A program made the translations under genes and the position numbers. 64,000 bases of DNA. It comes from Anaeromyxobacteraceae bacterium. GTDB lineage: Bacteria > Myxococcota > Myxococcia > Myxococcales > Anaeromyxobacteraceae. This document shows positions 9,117-18,633 of the stretch, piece after piece; within the stretch, counting starts at the first letter, position 1, and the number at the start of each line of letters is the position of its first letter. Under the pieces are notes generated by a model. The model ran no database searches, had not been told where the DNA came from, and worked only from the letters and a program-made list of their open reading frames with translations. The DNA is taken from positions 2,848,001 through 2,912,000 of the forward strand of contig JASGHJ010000002.1 in assembly GCA_047602405.1 (NCBI GenBank), in the 5' to 3' direction.

Positions 9117-11957
9117 TCAGCGCGACTCGAGCGCGGCGCGGGCCTCGCGGGCGGATCGCAGGAGCTCCAGATCGGGATCCGCTCGCGACAGCGCGGCGAG
9201 GAGCCCATCGAGCTCCACCCGCGCCTCCGCGGCGCGGCCCTGCCGCGCGAGCCAGCCCGCGGCCTCGAGCCGGCTCTGCGGCAGCGCCCAGGGGCGCCAG
9301 TACGAGTCCGGCGCGTAGAAGGCCTGGTAGTGGCGGAGCGCCTCGAGGGCCTCGGGCGCGTCGGCCCGGGCGAGCGCCACGGCGAGCAGGAACGCGCGGC
9401 CGTCGACCGGCACGTCGGCCGCGAACGCACCCTCGGGCCCGGCCCTGAGGAGCCGCACCGCGCCGGCGGCGTCGCCGGAACGCAGGGCGGCCACCGCGGC
9501 GTGGATCGCCGCAGCGGTCGAGCCCGCGGGGAGCCGGGCCGCGAGCTCGGCGGCGCCCGCGAGGTCCCCGGCCCAGGCGAGCGGGATGGAGACCCAGGGC
9601 ACCTCCTCCGGCCCCTCCCGCGCGAGCGCCTCGAGCTCGCGGCGCACGCCCGCGGCGTCGCCAAGCCCGGCGAGCAGGCTCAGCCGCCGGAAGCGCACCA
9701 CGAGCGGGGACTCGCCGTCCGCGAGCGTGAGCCCCTCGAGCTCGGCCCGCGCCTCCCGGACCCGCCCCTCCTGGAGGAGGATCGCCGCGAGGCGGCTCCG
9801 GGCTCGCCAGCCCACCTGCGGCCTCAGGATCGCCTCGGCCTCCTCGAGCCGGCCTCCCGCGACGAGGGCAGCGAGCACGTCCGCCGCGCCGGTGGGCGCG
9901 CCCTGCGCCTCCGCCTGCCGCGCCGCCGCGATCGCGCGGTCGTGCTCCCCCAGCCAGCCGAGCGCGCGCACCAGCGCGTGGCGCTCGCCCGCGCCGACCG
10001 CCGCCTCGAGGCCCTGCGCGAGCTCCCGGAGGCGCCCGAGCTGGCCGAGGTAGCCGAGCGCGCGCACGAGGTGGTCGAGCGCCCACGGGTGCCGCGGGTC
10101 GAGCCGGAGCACGGTCTCGAGGAGCGGCACGGACGCGGCGACGTCCCCGGCGTGCCACTCGAGCTCACCGAAGGTCCACGCCACCTCGGCGTCGTCGGGC
10201 GCCTGCTCGAGGAGGGCCGCGTACCGCGCGCGCGCCGCCGCGACCTTCCCGTCGAGCCGTTCGCGCCAGGCGAGCACGAGCTCCCGCTCGCGGGACGGCA
10301 ACCGCTCGAGGTGGCGCAGCGCGGGCGCGAGGACGCCCTCCTGCTGCGCCGCCGCGTCGTGCGACATCTCGGCGGCGCGCGCGAGCTGGTAGTGGGCGAG
10401 GCCGAAGCCGGGGTCGCGGGCGAGCGCGGCCTGGAGCGCGGGGGCGCACGGCTCGCCCGTCCCGCCCACCTGCCGCTCGAGGCACCGGACCCCCTCGTCG
10501 TAGAGCCGGTAAGCCTCGGCGTCGCGGGTCACGAGCTCCTCGATCGGCCGGGCCGGCTCGGCGCCCGCCGCGGCGCGGAGCACGGTCCGCACGCGCTCGG
10601 AGGCGTCCTCGACGAGCGCGAAGAGGGGCGCCTCGCCCTGGCGACGCACGGGCTCGATCGCCCGCACCGCGCGCTCGGAGGCGGGATCCACCGCCGAGAC
10701 CGCGAGGGCGACGCCGTCGCCGTCCGGGTGCAGCTGGGGCACGAGCACGAGCGCCGCGCCGGCCTCGGAGGCCACCGCGCAGGCGGCGCCGACGTCGAGC
10801 CGCCCCCCGGCGCCGTGGCCGGCCCGCGCCGCGAGCCGGACCACCCGCTCCCGGCGCACGACCTGGATGTGGAACCGCGCGAGCGCCGTCTCGAGAAGTC
10901 GCCCCGCACCGTCGAGGCGGGCGTCGCCGGTCTCGTTCACCGCATCGGCCACCAGCACGACCGGGGGCGGCGCCCCGGGCCGGGGCCACGCGAGCCACCC
11001 CAGGGCGCCGAGGGCGACGGCCGCGGCCGCGGCGACTCCCCCGTGGAGCCGGCGGCGGGACGCCTCCCACTCGCGGATCGCGCCGTCGAGCGCGGCCTCG
11101 AGCGCGCGCCCGTCGGCGGGGCGGCCCGCGGGATCCTCCGCGCGGCAGCGCTCGAGCAGCCGCGCGAGCGGGGCCGGCACGCCCGCGGCGCGGGGCGCCC
11201 GGGCGCGGCCGGGGTCCGGGAGCGTGGCGGAGGCCACCGTCGCCGCCGCGCCGCCGGGGCGCGCCGAGAGCGCCTCGTGCAGCAGGACCCCGAACGCGTA
11301 GACGTCGGTGCGGGCGTCCTCCGGCTCTCCCCGGGCCTGCTCGGGGGACGCATACCCCGGCGTCCCGCCGGCGAGCCCGGCCCGGTGATCCGGCGAGGTG
11401 GAGAGCCCGAAGTCGAGGACCTTCACGCGGCCGTCGGTGGTCAGGAACACGTTGCCGGGCTTGAGATCGCGGTGGACGACGCCGGCGGCGTGGGCCGCGG
11501 CGAGCGCGCTCGCGACCCGCCGCCCGACGCGGAGCGCGTCCTCCCGCGGCAGCGGCCCCCGCCGCAGCCGCTCCGCCAGCGTCTCGCCGTGCAGCCGCTC
11601 GAGCACGAGGTAGAGCCCGCCGCGCCAGGGTCCGAGATCGTGGACCGTCACGACCGCCGGGTGATCCAGCCTGGCCGCGGCGAGCGCCTCCTCGCGGAGC
11701 GGCTCACGCTCGGCGAGCGCCCGCAGCGCGCGGTGCCGGAGGACCTTGACCGCCACCTGCCGCAGCAGGGTGGTGTCGAGCGCCGCGTAGACCACCCCGA
11801 AGCCGCCGCGGCCGAGCTCGCCGAGGATCTCGTAGCGCCCGCCGAGGAGGTCGCCCGGCAGCGGTGGCGGGGCGTCCTCCGGCCCCGGCGCCTCGCGGGC
11901 GAGGGCCCGGAGGAGCGTCTCGAGGCGCGCGGACAGGTCGTCCGGGAGCGAGGCCAT
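9117..11957 (-). CDS. Hanks-type Ser/Thr protein kinase with TM segment and TPR-like C-terminal region
   Basis: LGRGGFGVVY, VAVK, HRDLKPGN, DFG, GTPGYASPEQ, DVYAFG; TM after RRR; helical repeats. Confidence 0.92.
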   Translation of the reverse strand: MASLPDDLSARLETLLRALAREAPGPEDAPPPLPGDLLGGRYEILGELGRGGFGVVYAALDTTLLRQVAVKVLRHRALRALAEREPLREEALAAARLDHPAVVTVHDLGPWRGGLYLVLERLHGETLAERLRRGPLPREDALRVGRRVASALAAAHAAGVVHRDLKPGNVFLTTDGRVKVLDFGLSTSPDHRAGLAGGTPGYASPEQARGEPEDARTDVYAFGVLLHEALSARPGGAAATVASATLPDPGRARAPRAAGVPAPLARLLERCRAEDPAGRPADGRALEAALDGAIREWEASRRRLHGGVAAAAAVALGALGWLAWPRPGAPPPVVLVADAVNETGDARLDGAGRLLETALARFHIQVVRRERVVRLAARAGHGAGGRLDVGAACAVASEAGAALVLVPQLHPDGDGVALAVSAVDPASERAVRAIEPVRRQGEAPLFALVEDASERVRTVLRAAAGAEPARPIEELVTRDAEAYRLYDEGVRCLERQVGGTGEPCAPALQAALARDPGFGLAHYQLARAAEMSHDAAAQQEGVLAPALRHLERLPSRERELVLAWRERLDGKVAAARARYAALLEQAPDDAEVAWTFGELEWHAGDVAASVPLLETVLRLDPRHPWALDHLVRALGYLGQLGRLRELAQGLEAAVGAGERHALVRALGWLGEHDRAIAAARQAEAQGAPTGAADVLAALVAGGRLEEAEAILRPQVGWRARSRLAAILLQEGRVREARAELEGLTLADGESPLVVRFRRLSLLAGLGDAAGVRRELEALAREGPEEVPWVSIPLAWAGDLAGAAELAARLPAGSTAAAIHAAVAALRSGDAAGAVRLLRAGPEGAFAADVPVDGRAFLLAVALARADAPEALEALRHYQAFYAPDSYWRPWALPQSRLEAAGWLARQGRAAEARVELDGLLAALSRADPDLELLRSAREARAALESR

Positions 11958-12061
11958 CTCGGACACACCGTAGATCAACGGTGGGCCGCTCACCACCCGC
12001 CTGCGCCACGCCGACGCCGGCGCGAGCCTTGCCGCCAGCCCGGGAGCCCGCACATTGCTGC

Positions 12062-13534
12062 GTGCACGATCCTGCTCTGCTCGAGCGCCTCACCACGGGC
12101 GTCCCCGGGCTCGACACGGTGCTCCTGGGCGGCCTCTACCGGGGCAGCGGGACGCTCGTGGCGGGCGCCTCGGGCAGCGGCAAGACGGTGCTCGGCGCGC
12201 AGATCGCGTTCGCGCACGCCGCGGGCGGGGGCCGGGCCGGGGTCCTCACCTTGCTCACCGAGAGCCACGAGCGCCTGGTCTCCTACCTCTCGACGCTCTC
12301 CTTCTTCGACCCCGGGGCGGTCTCGGACAACGTCTACGTGGTGAGCGGCGCGGCCCGGCTCGCCAGCGACCGCGCCCAGGGGGTGCTCGACCTCGCCCGG
12401 ACCCTGATCCGCGAGCGGCGGCTCACCATGCTGGTGGTGGACGGCGTGGGCGCGCTCGAGGAGGCCGCGACGACCGTGGAGCTCCGCCGGATTGCCCAGG
12501 CGCTCCTCGCGTTCCTGCCGGCCACCGGCTGCACCGGGCTCCTGCTCGTCGGGACGCCGAGCGTCCTCGAGGTGCTCGGCGCCTGCGACGTCCACCTCCA
12601 CCTCGACGCATCGCCGTTCGGGCCACGCCTCGTCCGCGGGATCGAGGTCTCGAAGCTGCGCGGCGGCGCGTTCCTCGAGGGACGCCACACCCTCGTGATC
12701 GACGGGGACGGCGTGAAGGTCTTTCCGCGGCTCGAGGCCGTGGCCACCCGCACGGCCGGGGCCCCGCCCCGGGAGACGCACCGGGCCAGGACCGGCGTCA
12801 CGGTGCTCGACGCGATGCTGGGAGGCGGGCTCGTCGCCGGCTCGTCCACCGCCCTGCTCGGCGCGCCGGGGACGGGGAAGACGCTCCTCGGGATGACGTT
12901 CCTCGCGGCGGGCGCGAAGGCCGGTGAGCCGGGGTTGTACGCCGGGTTCTACGAGTCGACCGAGCGCCTCGTCGCGAAGTGCGAGGCGGTCGGGCTGCCG
13001 ATCGCCCGCCGGGTGCGAGAGGGGCGGCTCCACCTCGACTGGGCGCCGCCGATGGAGCGCCTCCTCGACGAGACCGCCCAGCGGCTCCTCGAGACGGTGG
13101 ACCGGGGGGGCGTCCGGCGGGTGGTGGTCGATGGCATCGATGCGCTCCGGCTCTGCGCGGAGCAGCCGGGGCGGATCCCGGCGTTCCTCGCGGCCCTGAC
13201 CCTCGAGCTGCGCCGGCGGGACGTGACCACCGTCCTCACCGAGGAGACCGACCTCTTCGCGCCGCAGCTCACGGCCCCGCTCGCGGAGCAGGTCCTCTCC
13301 GCGGTGGTCGAGAACATCGTCGTGCTGCGGTACGTCGAGCTCCACGCGCGCCTCCACCGCCTGCTCGCCGTCGTGAAGACCCACGAGGGCCAGCACGACG
13401 CCAGCCTGCGAGAGCTCACCATCGGGCCCGAGGGGCTCGCGGTGAAATCGGCGTTCCGGGGCGCCGAGCACCTCCTGACCGGCGTTCCGGTGGAGGCCGC
13501 GCCGCTCGCGCGGCCGCGAGGGCGGCGCCGGTGA
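12062..13534 (+). CDS. KaiC-like double-domain ATPase (KaiC/RAD55 family)
   Basis: Two RecA domains: TGVPGLD...GASGSGKT and TGVTVLDAMLGGG...GAPGTGKT; KLRG motif. Confidence 0.88.
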   Translation: MHDPALLERLTTGVPGLDTVLLGGLYRGSGTLVAGASGSGKTVLGAQIAFAHAAGGGRAGVLTLLTESHERLVSYLSTLSFFDPGAVSDNVYVVSGAARLASDRAQGVLDLARTLIRERRLTMLVVDGVGALEEAATTVELRRIAQALLAFLPATGCTGLLLVGTPSVLEVLGACDVHLHLDASPFGPRLVRGIEVSKLRGGAFLEGRHTLVIDGDGVKVFPRLEAVATRTAGAPPRETHRARTGVTVLDAMLGGGLVAGSSTALLGAPGTGKTLLGMTFLAAGAKAGEPGLYAGFYESTERLVAKCEAVGLPIARRVREGRLHLDWAPPMERLLDETAQRLLETVDRGGVRRVVVDGIDALRLCAEQPGRIPAFLAALTLELRRRDVTTVLTEETDLFAPQLTAPLAEQVLSAVVENIVVLRYVELHARLHRLLAVVKTHEGQHDASLRELTIGPEGLAVKSAFRGAEHLLTGVPVEAAPLARPRGRRR

Positions 13535-13899
13535 GCACCGTCCTGGTCGTGGACGACGAGCCCACCATCGCCGAGACGCTCTGCATGGTGCTCGAGATGG
13601 ACGGGTACCGGTGCGTCACCGCCAGCGACGGCCTACAGGCGCTGGAGCGGCTCCCCGACGTCTCGCCCTCGCTCGTCCTGCTCGACGTCATGATGCCCGT
13701 GATGGACGGCCGCGAGTTCCTCCGGCGGCTCCGCGCGGACGCGCGGTGGAGGGACCTCCCGGTCATCGTGATGACCGCCGCCCCGCGCCTCGCCGGCAAC
13801 GACGCCCTCCCTCCGCACCAGGGCTTCTTCCAGAAGCCGTTCGACCTCGATCGCCTGCTGGCCGAGATCGGGCGGTTCACCAGCCCCGCGCGGGAGTGA
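13531..13899 (+). CDS. Single-domain response regulator (receiver)
   Basis: VLVVDDE...LLDVMMPVMDG...KPF; GTGA overlap with the KaiC-like gene. Confidence 0.92.
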   Translation: MSTVLVVDDEPTIAETLCMVLEMDGYRCVTASDGLQALERLPDVSPSLVLLDVMMPVMDGREFLRRLRADARWRDLPVIVMTAAPRLAGNDALPPHQGFFQKPFDLDRLLAEIGRFTSPARE

Positions 13900-15034
13900 G
13901 CACGCCGGCCGACGTCTCGCGCGGGAGCCGGAGGCGAAAGGTCGAGCCCACCCCCGGCGCGCTCGCGACGTCGATGTCGCCGCCGTGGGCGAGGGCGATC
14001 TCCCGGGCCGCCCAGAGCCCCACCCCGAACCCGCTGATGTTCCGGGTCGGGACCGCCCGCTCGAACCGCTCGAAGATGCGACGCTGGTCCTCCTGGCTGA
14101 CGCCGAGCCCGGAGTCGGTGACCGACACGCTGGCCCAGTCACCCCCGGCGGCCACCTCCACACGCACCGGCCGCCGCTCTCCGTACTTGATCGCGTTGTC
14201 GACGAGCGCCGCCAGCGCCTCCTCCAGGCGGTCGAGGTCCCACTCGCCCTCCGGCCGGGCATGGCAGACGAGGCGGAGCCTCACGCCTGCCCTCGCGGCC
14301 TGCGGGCGGAGCCTCGCGACGAGCCGCCTCGCCACCTGGGCGAGATCGCCGCGGCGGAGCGAGAGCGCCGGATGCCGGCCGCTCGCCCGCGTGCTCGCCT
14401 CGAGGAGCCGGTCCACGAGCGTGTCCAGGCGGCCGGCTTGCAGCTCGAGCTCGCCCACCTGTCGCCGCTGGACCGGCGGCAGCTTCGAGGAGGCGGCCCA
14501 CCGCCGGAGCGCTTGCGAAGTGAGGAGGAGCGCGGCGACCGGCGTCCGCAGCTCGTGCGAGGCCGCCGCCAGGAACTCGTCCCGGGCCGCCATCGCCCGG
14601 CGCGCCACCTCGAGGGCCCGCGACGCCTCGGCCTCTCGCAGGGGCCCGGTGAGGTCGCGGGTGATCTTCGCGAACCCGACGAGCGTCCCGTCGTCGTCGC
14701 GCACCGCCGTGAGCACCACGCTCGCCCGGAAGAGCGTCCCGTCCTTGCGGACCCGCCAGCCCTCCTCCTCGGCGCTCCCCTCCTCCGCCGCCTTTCGGAG
14801 GTTCTGCTCCGGGCGGCCGGCCCGGACGTCCGCCGGGTCGTAGAAGAGCGAGAAGTGCCGGCCGAGCACCTCCTCGGCGCGGTAACCGTTGATGCGCTCG
14901 GCCCCGCGGTTCCAGCTCGTGATCCGCCCCTCGGTGTCGAGCAGGAAGATCGCGTACTCCCGAACGGCCTCGACGAGGAGCCGGAACAGGTCGCGGGTGT
15001 GGGGACTCCCCACGGAATGGGCGGACGCGTTCAT
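13877..15034 (-). CDS. PAS-domain sensor histidine kinase
   Basis: YAIFLLD..G.ITSWNRGAERINGY PAS; ASHELRTP; DNAIKY, DSGLG, FERF, GFGVGL boxes. Confidence 0.93.
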   Translation of the reverse strand: MNASAHSVGSPHTRDLFRLLVEAVREYAIFLLDTEGRITSWNRGAERINGYRAEEVLGRHFSLFYDPADVRAGRPEQNLRKAAEEGSAEEEGWRVRKDGTLFRASVVLTAVRDDDGTLVGFAKITRDLTGPLREAEASRALEVARRAMAARDEFLAAASHELRTPVAALLLTSQALRRWAASSKLPPVQRRQVGELELQAGRLDTLVDRLLEASTRASGRHPALSLRRGDLAQVARRLVARLRPQAARAGVRLRLVCHARPEGEWDLDRLEEALAALVDNAIKYGERRPVRVEVAAGGDWASVSVTDSGLGVSQEDQRRIFERFERAVPTRNISGFGVGLWAAREIALAHGGDIDVASAPGVGSTFRLRLPRETSAGVLTPARGW

Positions 15035-15173
15035 CCTGCGAGAGTTCGCCGGACGCGCACCACCCGCCCGAGACGACGCCGCGCAATGTACTCACCCTCG
15101 GCCGGCGGCGCCTGCCCGTCGCTCGGATCGAGCGCGTGGCGCGAGGCCCCGGTCGCGCCGCGTGGGGGCCGTC

Positions 15174-15439
15174 ATGAAGGTCCTGCTCCTCGCCTGCCTG
15201 GGGACCTGCCTCGCCTGCCGGAGCGGTTCCTCCGGAACCCCCGGCCCCGCGGACCCGACCGGCCCCGCAGGCCCCCCGGGACCCACGGGGCCCTCGGGCG
15301 CGCTCTCCGCGGCCGACTGGAGGCTCGCGCCCGCCCACGTCCCCGACCTGCTCGACGCCGGGGACGGGCTCACCTTCGCGCGCTCGACGCGGCGGAGGTC
15401 GCGGCGCACCACCGGGCCTCGGCCGGGCTCTATCCCTGA
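15174..15439 (+). pseudogene. Possible remnant of a lipoprotein with a collagen-like repeat
   Basis: MKVLLLACLGTCLAC followed by GPAGPPGPTGPSG; a frame switch near 15378 gives RALDAAEVAAHHRASAGLYP*. Confidence 0.35.
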
Positions 15440-16677
15440 TCCGTCCCGGCGAGCCAGCCCCGCAGCCGCGCGTACACCTCCGCGCTCGAGAGCAGCTCCA
15501 CGTGGCCCGTCCCCCGCACCACCGCGCGCCGCGCCTCGGGGAAGCGGAGGTCGCGGGACGGATCGGCGTGGCGGCCGAGCGCGCTGTCGAGCGGCACGAG
15601 CCCGTCGCCGAGGAGCCGGCCCGCGGCGTGGTCGCCGGCGGCGGTGGTCGCCGCGACGGCGAAGCAGCGGACCCCGGCCGGCAGGGGCACGTGGCGCGGC
15701 GGCGGCTGGGGCCGGGCGAAGCGGTCGCGCCCGGCCCAATCCTCGTCCGACACGCTGCCCTGCCGCAGGTCGGTCACGCCCGCGCTGCGGATGCGCCCCA
15801 GCCGGCCGATCGGCGCCGAGGTGCGGCTCACGCCGAGCGCCACGTCCACGAGGTTGCCGCCCCGCTCGAGCGGCGCGCCGTGGTGCGGGGTCCCCAGGAA
15901 CACGGCGTCCGAGAGGCGCGCGCGCCAGGTGTGCCCCGCCGCCTCCGCGTGCGCGCACGCGCTGCGCACCACGAGCCCGCCCATGCTGTGCGCCACGATC
16001 GCGAGCCGCCGCGCCGGCGCCGGCCACGCCGCGAGGAGCGCCTCGAGCAGCGCGGAGAGCGCACGCCCGTTCGTCGAGACGTGGAGGCCGGTGTTGTAGT
16101 GGAGGTAGACCGGGGTGAAGCCGAGGTCGCGCGCGAGCGCCGCGCCGTGGTCGTGCCCGGCGCGCCGCCAGCGCAGGTCGTCGAAGCACGAGCCGTGGAC
16201 GAGCACGAGCGGCGCGCCGCCGGCGTCCGGCAGGGCCGCCCGGAGCGCCTCGCGCTCGAGCACGAGCGGCCGCCCGCCGCGCCGCAGGCGCATCGTGATC
16301 GCGAGCGGGTTCCCGGTCGCGGCGAGGTGATCGCCGAGGACGCCGTTCAGCACCGCCTGCACCGCCACGCGGCGCGCCGTTGGCGCGGCGTCCGTGGCGC
16401 CGCGCCCCGCCGCCCCGAGCGCGAGGTCGACCCCGAGCCCGGTCGCGCGGGTGACGCCGCGGACGGCCGAGTACACGAGCCCCGTGAGCCCGCGGGTGCG
16501 CCCGGGCGCCGGCCCCGGGCCGAAGCCGGGCCAGCGCGCGATGGTCTCGTGCATCGCCTCGACGACGCCGGTCAGGCCGAGGACGCCGTCGAGCGCGAGG
16601 CGGCCCCAGCCCTGGAGCTCGGAGGGCTCCTGGGCGGGTCGGACGAGGTCGTCGTCGGAGGGGCGGCGAGGGGACAC
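15430..16677 (-). CDS. Alpha/beta hydrolase (PGAP1-like esterase/lipase); start uncertain
   Basis: LVHG, VAHSMGGLV nucleophile elbow, LGTPHHGAPLE, DGLVP, GHVELL. Confidence 0.85.
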   Translation of the reverse strand: MSPRRPSDDDLVRPAQEPSELQGWGRLALDGVLGLTGVVEAMHETIARWPGFGPGPAPGRTRGLTGLVYSAVRGVTRATGLGVDLALGAAGRGATDAAPTARRVAVQAVLNGVLGDHLAATGNPLAITMRLRRGGRPLVLEREALRAALPDAGGAPLVLVHGSCFDDLRWRRAGHDHGAALARDLGFTPVYLHYNTGLHVSTNGRALSALLEALLAAWPAPARRLAIVAHSMGGLVVRSACAHAEAAGHTWRARLSDAVFLGTPHHGAPLERGGNLVDVALGVSRTSAPIGRLGRIRSAGVTDLRQGSVSDEDWAGRDRFARPQPPPRHVPLPAGVRCFAVAATTAAGDHAAGRLLGDGLVPLDSALGRHADPSRDLRFPEARRAVVRGTGHVELLSSAEVYARLRGWLAGTDQG

Positions 16678-16693
16678 CGAGGTACGATACGCC

Positions 16694-17206
16694 ATGATCA
16701 CGCTCCGCACCGCGCGCCTCCTGCTCCGCCGCCCGGCGCCGGAAGACCTCCAGCCGCTCTTCGCCATCCTCTCCGACGCGGCCACGATGCGGTACTGGTC
16801 CACCCCACCGCACGCGGACCTGGACACGACGCGGCGCTGGCTCGAGCGCACCATCGCGGAGGGGCACGACGAGTTCGTCGTCGTGCTCGGCGAGCGGGTG
16901 ATCGGAAACGCCGGCTTCTGGCGCGACCCGGAGGTCGGGTTCGTCCTCGACCGGGCCTTCACCGGCCAGGGCTACGCCTTCGAGGCCGCGCAGGCCGTGA
17001 TCGCCCGCGCCTTCGCGGTGCGGGGCCTCGCGGTGGTGACCGCCGACGTGGACCCGCGCAACGCAGCGTCGCTGCGGCTCCTCGCGCGGCTCGGCTTCGT
17101 CGAGACCGGCCGCAAGGCGGGCACGTTCCAGATCGGCGACGAGCGCTGCGACAGCGTCTACCTGGCGCTGACGGCGGAGCGGCTGGCGGGACCGCGAGCG
17201 GAGTGA
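16694..17206 (+). CDS. GNAT (RimJ/RimL-type) N-acetyltransferase
   Basis: LRTARLLLR...EVGF...GQGYAFEA...DPRNAASLRLLARLGF. Confidence 0.9.
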   Translation: MITLRTARLLLRRPAPEDLQPLFAILSDAATMRYWSTPPHADLDTTRRWLERTIAEGHDEFVVVLGERVIGNAGFWRDPEVGFVLDRAFTGQGYAFEAAQAVIARAFAVRGLAVVTADVDPRNAASLRLLARLGFVETGRKAGTFQIGDERCDSVYLALTAERLAGPRAE

Positions 17207-17244
17207 GCAGCGGCGGTTTGCGTCGCCGCATCGAGTCGCGCGGA

Positions 17245-17922
17245 TCAGATGCGCAGCGCGCTCAGCGCCGGGTCGGCTTCCAGCGCTGCGTCCAGCCGGG
17301 CCACGAAGGCGTCGGGCTTCTCGGTCCTGAGGAGGTCCGGCGTGGCCTCGAGCGCCCTCGCGCGGATGCCGCCGCGGGCCTGCGCGTCGTCGCCGGCCAT
17401 CACCGCGGCCAGCGCCTCGAGCGCCTCGCCGCCGCCGCGCGCGAGGTCGCGCTGCAGCGCCCGGTGGTTCATGACCGCGAAGCGCCACGCGTCCAGCTTC
17501 CGGCGCTCCTCCGGCGAGCCGGCCTGGCCGGCGGGGATCATCTGCACGTGGTAGTCGAGGGGCGAGAACTTCATGAGCGCACCGGTGATGAGATCGATGC
17601 CGCCCGAGGTGAGGGTGCTCGAGACGTCGAGGATGGCGACCGCGTTGAACTCGCGCTTGAGCTGGAACTCCTGGGTCTGGTACCCCGCCCGCTCGAACTT
17701 CGCGACGAACTGGCGGCCCCCCATGAAGTTGCGGGACATGGGCACGGTGAGCGGCAGCTCCCCGAGGTACTGGCCGTCGACGCTCAGCCGCACGTTCGGC
17801 ACGTTCGCCTCGAAGCGGAGCACGTCGGAGGTGCCGGTGAAGATGGTGGCGCAGCCGGCGAGCCAGGCGGCGGACGAGACGGCGACGGCGGCGGAGAGGG
17901 CGAGCGGATGGCGGACGCGCAA
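17245..17922 (-). CDS. PEGA-like domain lipoprotein; start uncertain
   Basis: Lipobox LAGC-ATIF; VDGQYLGELPLTV...FERAGYQ; GGIDLITGA. Confidence 0.75.
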   Translation of the reverse strand: MRVRHPLALSAAVAVSSAAWLAGCATIFTGTSDVLRFEANVPNVRLSVDGQYLGELPLTVPMSRNFMGGRQFVAKFERAGYQTQEFQLKREFNAVAILDVSSTLTSGGIDLITGALMKFSPLDYHVQMIPAGQAGSPEERRKLDAWRFAVMNHRALQRDLARGGGEALEALAAVMAGDDAQARGGIRARALEATPDLLRTEKPDAFVARLDAALEADPALSALRI

Positions 17923-17982
17923 GGGAGGCTCCTCGGAGCTGGGTGAAGCCGTGATCCTACCCCGCGCGGCGGAGGCGGTACC

Positions 17983-18633
17983 ATGTCTCGCGTGAGCCCC
18001 CACCGAGAGGTGATCACCGGCGACGGGATCGCGTACCTCGCCCGCGGCCGCCTCCCGGCCGATCACGCCGTCGTGACCTCCCTCCCCGACCACTCCGAGG
18101 TGCCCCGGCTCGGCGTGGACGGCTGGAAGGCGTGGTTCGTGGAGACGGTGGCGCTCGCCTGCGGCGCGCTCGCCGACGAGGCGGTCGCGATCTTCTACCA
18201 GACCGACGTGAAGCACGACGGCCGCTGGATCGACAAGGGGCACCTCGTGCACGCCGGCTTCGACCGGGCGGGCGCGCAGCTCCTCTGGCACAAGGTGGTC
18301 TGCCGCGCGCCCGCGGGCACCACCACCTTCGGCCGCCCCGCCTACGCACACCTCCTCTGCGCGAGCCGCGCGCTCCGGCTCGAGCCCAAGCAGTCGTCGG
18401 CCGACGTGCTGCCCGCCCTCGGCGAGATGACCTGGGCGCGCGCGATGGGCCGGGCGGCGTGCGACGCCGTGGCGCGGTTCCTCGTCGACCACACGGCCTG
18501 CCGCACGGTAGTCGACCCGTTCTGCGGCGTGGGCACGATGCTCGCGGTCGCGAACCTGCACGGCCTCGACGCGGTGGGCGTCGAGCTCTCGGCGAAGCGC
18601 GCCGAGAAGGCCCGCAAGCTCACGCTGCGGTGA
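17983..18633 (+). CDS. SAM-dependent methyltransferase with N4/N6 DNA-MTase-like motif order
   Basis: VVTSLPD near the N-terminus; VVDPFCGVGT...GVELS SAM-binding motif near the C-terminus. Confidence 0.75.
   Translation: MSRVSPHREVITGDGIAYLARGRLPADHAVVTSLPDHSEVPRLGVDGWKAWFVETVALACGALADEAVAIFYQTDVKHDGRWIDKGHLVHAGFDRAGAQLLWHKVVCRAPAGTTTFGRPAYAHLLCASRALRLEPKQSSADVLPALGEMTWARAMGRAACDAVARFLVDHTACRTVVDPFCGVGTMLAVANLHGLDAVGVELSAKRAEKARKLTLR

Noticed and set aside
12062..13534. A circadian clock
   Set aside because: No kaiA or kaiB in the window, and the KaiC catalytic and phosphorylation motifs are divergent.
17983..18633. Restriction-modification or phage-defence system
   Set aside because: No endonuclease or other defence gene next to the methyltransferase, and the catalytic motif is non-canonical.
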